Origin: a virus
Direction: 5' to 3' (one strand)
Virus record (IMG/VR): IMGVR_UViG_3300035204_001665
Location: 18,870-82,869 of that record
Length of the DNA: 64,000 nucleotides
The notes below the pieces were generated by a model. That model had not been told where the DNA came from. It did not search any database and saw only the letters and a list, made by a program, of their open reading frames with translations. Shown here one piece after another: positions 58,739 through 64,000 of this stretch; position 1 is the first letter of the stretch; every line of letters begins with the position of its first letter. Position numbers and translations under genes: made by a program.

Positions 58739-60268
58739 TTACTTTCTGTTAGTGTTAATATCGAATCCTTCGAGACTAAATGCAGAAGCGTACTTTTGGT
58801 ACAGCGTTTGCTCTGCTTCAGAACTTACAGGAATTTCTTCGCTGGTTTCTTCAGCATTGTCTACGACCTCGTCGACAACTTCTTTTGCTTCCTCTGAGGA
58901 TGCGATGACTTCTTCAGTCTTTTCCTCTACCTTTTCAGCAACAGGCTCTTCAACCTCTTCTGTCTTGGCTTCGGCTTCGACTTCAGCACTCTTTTGGGCA
59001 AGCGACTCTTTGTCCTTGTCTTTAAGAAGTACAGCCATCTTCTCCTGATAGGAAGAAAATGCTTCTTCGTCTAGTTCCTTAACGTCAGAGGCAATAAACT
59101 GACGATCTTCATCGGTCAGTTCGTATTTCTCATCCATTAGGGACATACGATTGTTAAATTTCTCTTCGGCTTCTTTTTCCGCCTTGGCTTTTTCAAGCGT
59201 TTCAAGGTTTGACTTAATCTCCGCCAACTCTTTAGCCATCTCGGACTGTTCCTTCGTAAGATCATCTGACTTTTCGTTAGCGGCTTTTAGAGCCTCTTCC
59301 GCCTCAGTCATCTCTTTCTGGTACTGCTCGGATGCCTTTTCGAGTTCACTTTGGATAAAGTCGGAAATCGAGGAAGCTGAAAGTTCCTGCAACGTCTCGT
59401 CGTTGATATCTTTAATGCTTTCGATCTTTTTCATAACTTTATTAATTTTTACATTGTTTTTGTTGTTTTGTGAACTATTATTTTGGTCTGATTGTTCTGT
59501 TTCATCAGGCTGTGTCGTCGTTCCCTTGTCCTCTTTAGCTAAAATGCCTTTGACATCCGCTGCAGGGGACTCTGTGAGACCAATCCCCAGAGGAACAACC
59601 CCTGCCACTACTTGACGGTAAATGTATTTGCCGTTGTCCAGCTTGCCAGTACCACCAAAAGACTTAAGATGCTCTTCCATTTCTTCTATTTTCGTTGCAT
59701 CTGTAATAAATTGTCCGTTTTCTATGTTCTTCTCTCCCTCGGGAAGAACTACTAAATTATAATCTGAGAACCCTAATTCCCAGCTAGCAGAAATTTTTCT
59801 ATAGCTGGAGCTAGTAGGGTCAGCCGCTTCTTCAATCAATTCCGCCAATCCGCTATTAGTCACCTTCCAAATAACTCCGCCCAAAGTCACATTAAACGGC
59901 TCGCTACCTTCTTTAACCTGTTCTTCCGTTAAAGGTCGATCTGTCCCGAAAGCACTAAATCCAGCGGTCAAGATTACACCGACCACTCTCTCTCTATTAT
60001 GTTCGACATTGATAGGTTTGTTAATAAAATTTTTATGCACTGCCACCGCCGTATCAGTATCAATTACATCGCCGTTTTTGTTTACTCTATTTGCTACAAA
60101 GGCATTAAATGCGACGGGAAGTAGATCAACGTCCTTCTCTATGTCGATATCTGGAACGAAATCGGCCAGATTCATCAACGTGGCCATGGCCAAATACTTA
60201 TCCTTTTCCTCAGCGATAAGGGGCTTTAAGGTAGAACTAAAAGCGGATGTATATTTGGAATCTTTCAT
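58739..60268 (-). CDS. Prohead protease fused to an acidic coiled-coil scaffold
   Basis: Start MKDSKYTS (TAATG overlap with the upstream stop). It has NKNGD, KPINVEH, SASWELGF and GIGLT..PA protease motifs, and an E/K-rich C-terminal half. Confidence 0.75.
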   Translation of the reverse strand: MKDSKYTSAFSSTLKPLIAEEKDKYLAMATLMNLADFVPDIDIEKDVDLLPVAFNAFVANRVNKNGDVIDTDTAVAVHKNFINKPINVEHNRERVVGVILTAGFSAFGTDRPLTEEQVKEGSEPFNVTLGGVIWKVTNSGLAELIEEAADPTSSSYRKISASWELGFSDYNLVVLPEGEKNIENGQFITDATKIEEMEEHLKSFGGTGKLDNGKYIYRQVVAGVVPLGIGLTESPAADVKGILAKEDKGTTTQPDETEQSDQNNSSQNNKNNVKINKVMKKIESIKDINDETLQELSASSISDFIQSELEKASEQYQKEMTEAEEALKAANEKSDDLTKEQSEMAKELAEIKSNLETLEKAKAEKEAEEKFNNRMSLMDEKYELTDEDRQFIASDVKELDEEAFSSYQEKMAVLLKDKDKESLAQKSAEVEAEAKTEEVEEPVAEKVEEKTEEVIASSEEAKEVVDEVVDNAEETSEEIPVSSEAEQTLYQKYASAFSLEGFDINTNRK

Positions 60269-60561
60269 TATGCTTCGTCCCTCCAAATTACAGTGAGGTT
60301 AGCGTGGCTGATATGCATCTTGTGGCACTTTATTGGTACAGTTAAAGCAAGCGTGCTCTCTTTCGGAATAATTAGATCTCCGCCTAGTCCCGGATCAACG
60401 TTAGTGTCGAAACCTATACTTCGTGCTGAGTCGTCTGAGTTCATAACGGCCCATATATAAATTGTATTTCCATCGGGAGACGTATACTGCCCACCAGCGT
60501 TAGTTATCCCACTAGTAACTTTATTTGGGTAAAAATGTGAATTATTTGATCTTGTTGACAT
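60268..60561 (-). CDS. Small hypothetical protein
   Basis: Start reassigned to MSTRSNN, which has an AAGGAG RBS. Confidence 0.55.
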   Translation of the reverse strand: MSTRSNNSHFYPNKVTSGITNAGGQYTSPDGNTIYIWAVMNSDDSARSIGFDTNVDPGLGGDLIIPKESTLALTVPIKCHKMHISHANLTVIWRDEA

Positions 60562-60949
60562 TATTTTCCTCCTTATTAGCGTACATGTTGTCTCGAAGTG
60601 GGTATAGTTTCGCAGCAATATTACCACAATTAGAACAAACGATATCTTGACTATGGTTTACTTCAGGAAAATACTTTGGCAAATCCCTTTGGTATTCGTT
60701 TGGGTCCCTAAGTTTGTGGTTATTCTGGTTAAATCGATTCGCACTGGCTCGAAATTCTTTTTTCTTTTCTTTTTCTGGGGTGCCTTTGTATTTTAGCGGC
60801 TCTTCATAATTGTCTCCGCACGATTCATGTACTAATTTCGCTGCGGTTGAGCCACAATGACCACATACGACATCGTAAGTCGCTCCTGCGCCCGCTTTTG
60901 CTTGATTGATCTTTTTACTAAAGTCTACGCTATAACTTGCATTTTCCAT
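60542..60949 (-). CDS. Small protein with two CxxCG zinc-ribbon-like motifs
   Basis: DVVCGHCGSTAAKL and DIVCSNCGNIAAKL internal duplication. Confidence 0.6.
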   Translation of the reverse strand: MENASYSVDFSKKINQAKAGAGATYDVVCGHCGSTAAKLVHESCGDNYEEPLKYKGTPEKEKKKEFRASANRFNQNNHKLRDPNEYQRDLPKYFPEVNHSQDIVCSNCGNIAAKLYPLRDNMYANKEENNVNKIK

Positions 60950-60950
60950 T

Positions 60951-61454
60951 TTATACCCAAGTTTGCCAGTTTTCTATCTTTTTATATTCTTCCAAATATA
61001 GTTCATTTATGTTATTAAAGTTAGAGAGCTTGTATATCTCTAGATCTCTGGAGGCTAAGTCGAAATCCTCCTCTAAAGGCTCCCAACTAGCACTAATATC
61101 AATAAAATTATCTACCTTAATGACTTTTCCCTTTTTGGCTGTAGCCAAGTCGTCGCTTTTCATTCTTAAAAACATATTGACTCTAGCCATTGCCCAAAGA
61201 GACTTGTCGTCTTCCGGTACTTCTGCCCCTCGGTGATATACCTTTTTTAACTGAGCGAGAGTCACCTTTTTACGGGGGTACAATTTGTTGTGAGCTTTAG
61301 CCTTCTCTGCTAGGGCTTTAATTATACTATTAGACAATTCGATTGCCTCCTCTTCGCTCATTCGCTTTTCTGCCTGCTGATCCGCAGGAGACCTGTCTTC
61401 GTGAGGGGCTACGCCATCGCTAAATTCGAAGTTCTCAAATTCTAGTTTGTCCAT
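60951..61454 (-). CDS. Hypothetical phage head-region protein
   Basis: Start MDKLEFENF; contains LKKVYHRGA...WAMARVNMFL, a motif I associate with phage head-morphogenesis regions. Confidence 0.55.
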   Translation of the reverse strand: MDKLEFENFEFSDGVAPHEDRSPADQQAEKRMSEEEAIELSNSIIKALAEKAKAHNKLYPRKKVTLAQLKKVYHRGAEVPEDDKSLWAMARVNMFLRMKSDDLATAKKGKVIKVDNFIDISASWEPLEEDFDLASRDLEIYKLSNFNNINELYLEEYKKIENWQTWV

Positions 61455-61546
61455 TTTTGCATCTACCGTAATTATTATAGTTCCTACCAATGAAAAATAC
61501 ACCTATTTTATTGATTTTAATTATTTAATTTATAAAAATTATACCT

Positions 61547-62086
61547 TTAGCTGTTCTTCCACTTTAAGAGATACACTAGATCTATTATAGTTTTATCTCC
61601 ATAGTAATTTTTTATATCGTCGACAGGGAAAACGAGCCAATGATATTGCTTCGTAAAATACTCACCATGGACCAAAACTATAGCTATGTCTACAGTTGCG
61701 TCCAGCTTTTCTATGTCATTTAGTTTAACTAACTCGAACCCATATTTTTCAATAATGTATCTTATCTCACTGGTCCAAGTTATAGCAATTGCTTCTGGGT
61801 CAAAGAAGGTTAATAGCCCCTTTAACTTCATTCCTCTTTTTTGGATCTGCTGAGAAATTTCTTTTCTTGGAGCGGGGTTCTTCGCGAAGACTACCCCTTC
61901 TCTTTTGTAAAATTCGTTGATGGCCTTTTCTAAAGCTATTGGTCCGCAGGCATAGTAATGTCTTTCATAAAAACCTTTCGAATTTTTTTGATATTGATTT
62001 TTGAAGACGCCACACCCGCTCAACAATAACGGAACCACACAAAGTACTAAAGATAGAGAGTAGGAAATAGTTCGCAGGATCTTCAC
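61547..62086 (-). CDS. Predicted lipoprotein with a papain-like (C39-type) peptidase domain
   Basis: Signal peptide with lipobox LLSGC; ACGPIAL (catalytic Cys), YHWLVF (His). Confidence 0.65.
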   Translation of the reverse strand: MKILRTISYSLSLVLCVVPLLLSGCGVFKNQYQKNSKGFYERHYYACGPIALEKAINEFYKREGVVFAKNPAPRKEISQQIQKRGMKLKGLLTFFDPEAIAITWTSEIRYIIEKYGFELVKLNDIEKLDATVDIAIVLVHGEYFTKQYHWLVFPVDDIKNYYGDKTIIDLVYLLKWKNS

Positions 62087-62089
62087 ATA

Positions 62090-62380
62090 CTATAGTACAC
62101 CTAAAAAATATAACAAATTTACTGCTAAACTTATTCCAAGTATGCTAGAGATAAAAATCCACAAATAAAAATAGACACTGAAAACGTGAGACCTTTGTTT
62201 CATTCTTTTTTTGTTGACTCTCACTTTGTCTTCGTTGGATATTTTTTGTTCTGAGAATTCTGAGCCGGGGATAATCCACCACACACCCTTTTTATCTTGA
62301 ATCGCCCAATCGACCTTTTGCTTTTCCCAATAGTATGCGTTCGGATCATCTAACATGACAAGTTTTTTTTTGTGATTCAT
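62090..62380 (-). CDS. Small membrane protein
   Basis: C-terminal hydrophobic segment. Confidence 0.55.
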   Translation of the reverse strand: MNHKKKLVMLDDPNAYYWEKQKVDWAIQDKKGVWWIIPGSEFSEQKISNEDKVRVNKKRMKQRSHVFSVYFYLWIFISSILGISLAVNLLYFLGVL

Positions 62381-62790
62381 GATCCAATAATTATTTTATC
62401 TACTTGTATTTCTGAGACCTCAGGTCCAGATTCGAGCTCCTTTTCTAATTGTTCTATGTCTTCTATCTCTGCTTCTAGCAACGCAACAACTTCGTCAGGA
62501 TCTGATCCATCTTTTAATAAGTTTATGCATTTTTCTAGTACCTGTGTATCAGCCAAAATTATCGATGTGTTTTTGTTGCCCATTGAAAGGTACTCTCCAT
62601 TAAAATTTTTGTCTTTTTCCTGATCTCTTTTTCTATACCCTTTGTCAAAACCTTTTTCTTTCCTATAACCTATTTCTCCTTGTATAAAAATTTTTTGTAT
62701 TTCCGGCTTATTCATTAGCCGAGTAAATAACATATTGTCCCAAAGCGGATTCGGGTTTTTATATAGATCCGCTGCCTTCTGTAGGTCCAT
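62377..62790 (-). CDS. Hypothetical protein
   Basis: Start reassigned to MDLQKAADLY; overlaps both neighbours. Confidence 0.5.
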   Translation of the reverse strand: MDLQKAADLYKNPNPLWDNMLFTRLMNKPEIQKIFIQGEIGYRKEKGFDKGYRKRDQEKDKNFNGEYLSMGNKNTSIILADTQVLEKCINLLKDGSDPDEVVALLEAEIEDIEQLEKELESGPEVSEIQVDKIIIGS

Positions 62791-63235
62791 TGTATTTAGC
62801 CTCCGAACGTGTAATCTTATCGGGGTCAGAAAATGGTGGCTCCTCTTTTGGGGGCCATTCATCTATCTTTTTCATGTATTCAATTAGTGTGTCATAGTAA
62901 AGTTTTAAATTATATAATGTGCTTTTTAATTCTCGCATTTGATCTTCTTGGTTTCTTATCTCCATCCCTTGTTCTGTGGCGAGGTTAAATACTTCCGTTA
63001 GGTGCCTATTTTGCTCCTTTATCAAAAAGGACTGTTCTTTAATCACTACCTGTAACTCTAAACTATCTTTTAGGAGACCGAATTCCCTTTCAGCGTGCTC
63101 CGCATTCTTAACGATAGTTAAAGAAAAGTACACGCAAGTTAATACTAGACCAACACATACTGCGTTATAGTTCTTCAATACAATTTCCCATGATTTACCA
63201 TACGCGAACTTAATCCAATTCCATATTTTTTTCAT
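62759..63235 (-). CDS. Membrane-anchored coiled-coil protein
   Basis: N-terminal TM segment (AVCVGLVLTCVYFSLTIV) followed by a heptad-rich region; AAGGAG RBS. Confidence 0.6.
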   Translation of the reverse strand: MKKIWNWIKFAYGKSWEIVLKNYNAVCVGLVLTCVYFSLTIVKNAEHAEREFGLLKDSLELQVVIKEQSFLIKEQNRHLTEVFNLATEQGMEIRNQEDQMRELKSTLYNLKLYYDTLIEYMKKIDEWPPKEEPPFSDPDKITRSEAKYNGPTEGSGSI

Positions 63236-63244
63236 GTTCTCTCC

Positions 63245-63412
63245 TTATTCTTTAGAATACTTTTTTAATATTTTTGCTTTAAATTCGGCGCGAGCCTTCC
63301 TAATAAAAAATATTCCCATAGTCCCAGCTAGGGAATTCCCTGATTTTTTTAGCTCTATATATTCTTTTTCAAGTTTATCTAGAACCTCTACTATTTCCTT
63401 GTAGTTGAGCAT
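63245..63412 (-). CDS. Small hypothetical protein (55 aa), below the ORF-track cutoff
   Basis: MLNYKEIVEVLDKLEKEYIELKKSGNSLAGTMGIFFIRKARAEFKAKILKKYSKE; AGGA upstream and GGTGTAAT at 63432-63439. Confidence 0.6.
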   Translation of the reverse strand: MLNYKEIVEVLDKLEKEYIELKKSGNSLAGTMGIFFIRKARAEFKAKILKKYSKE

Positions 63413-63448
63413 TCATAAATTCCTATATAAAATTACACCCCAAAACAG

Positions 63449-63473
63449 AAAAAGCCCCTCAAATCTGAGGGGC
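63449..63473 (-). terminator. Rho-independent terminator
   Basis: GCCCCTCA...TGAGGGGC stem followed by TTTTT on the minus strand. Confidence 0.75.
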
Positions 63474-63506
63474 ATAACCAGTAACATTATAAATGTAAAC
63501 GGTTAA

Positions 63507-63704
63507 TTATTTACTTTCACTGTTATCGCCTTGTTCTTCTTTGTTAGAGTTCAATGCCTCGTGGACCATCTTAATGGCATTGTCGACTAAAGAATGTTCT
63601 TGATAATTTAACCTAGTATTTCTAGCTAAATTTACCAAAAGGTTAAAGGCTCCCTCTAGATCCATCTCTTTTAATTGCTCTTCTGTTTGGTTTTCTTGTT
63701 CCAT
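63507..63704 (-). CDS. Small hypothetical protein
   Basis: 65-aa ORF followed by a terminator. Confidence 0.55.
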   Translation of the reverse strand: MEQENQTEEQLKEMDLEGAFNLLVNLARNTRLNYQEHSLVDNAIKMVHEALNSNKEEQGDNSESK

Positions 63705-63733
63705 ATTCTACTTTACCACTTTTAAAATAAATG

Positions 63734-64000
63734 TCAATCAGATAATGCTCCGTGAACTTGCAGTACATCTAGCTGCCCCGAGTCAGTAAGTGTCAGCTCG
63801 TCTGTACAGCTGGCGTCCGCTGACGTATGTTTTGCCCACAGGACGAAATTAATACAATTTCTAGAGGCATTTACGTCACTTGCAGTCACTTTGTACATCG
63901 CGCTCATCTGCTGTTCTTGTGGAAAAATTGTCCCCGAGGTCACAGATCCGATTTCGAACATTTCTATTTCATACATTGAAGTATAAACTGACATGTGACT
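63734..64000 (-). CDS. Partial CDS (3' end of a gene starting beyond the window)
   Basis: The frame stays open to the window end; beta-rich C-terminal domain. Confidence 0.55.
   Translation of the reverse strand, partial: SHMSVYTSMYEIEMFEIGSVTSGTIFPQEQQMSAMYKVTASDVNASRNCINFVLWAKHTSADASCTDELTLTDSGQLDVLQVHGALSD

Noticed and set aside
1-64000. Alternative genetic code (stop codon reassignment)
   Set aside because: The standard code gives near-complete coding density with intact very long ORFs.

Overview
The window is a gene-dense, structural segment of a large tailed dsDNA phage (Caudoviricetes) with a long non-contractile tail. No cellular housekeeping genes, portal or terminase are recognisable. 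The + strand (973-11630) carries a lambda-like tail-tip module (gpM-L-K-I-J equivalents) followed by a tubulin/FtsZ-family GTPase. It converges on a long - strand morphogenesis region: prohead protease/scaffold, decoration protein, major capsid protein, about 25 kb of accessory fibre-like genes, neck genes, tail tube, chaperones and a 4639-aa tape measure protein. The accessory block includes collagen-like, Thr/Ser mucin-like, Cys-rich, LamG, Hint and cupredoxin-like domains around a GT4 glycosyltransferase. The best novelty candidate is a stand-alone group I intron core at about 53637-53866 (-). It has its own sigma70-like promoter and no usable upstream exon, and its guide sequence pairs with a site downstream of the intron. 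That arrangement predicts a naturally permuted ribozyme that circularises a 76-nt RNA and re-cuts the leader of the next gene. The second candidate is a set of cassettes in the tape measure protein, delimited by GFxPNF motifs, two of which look like PD-(D/E)xK nucleases. All calls come from reading motifs by eye; no database search was run.
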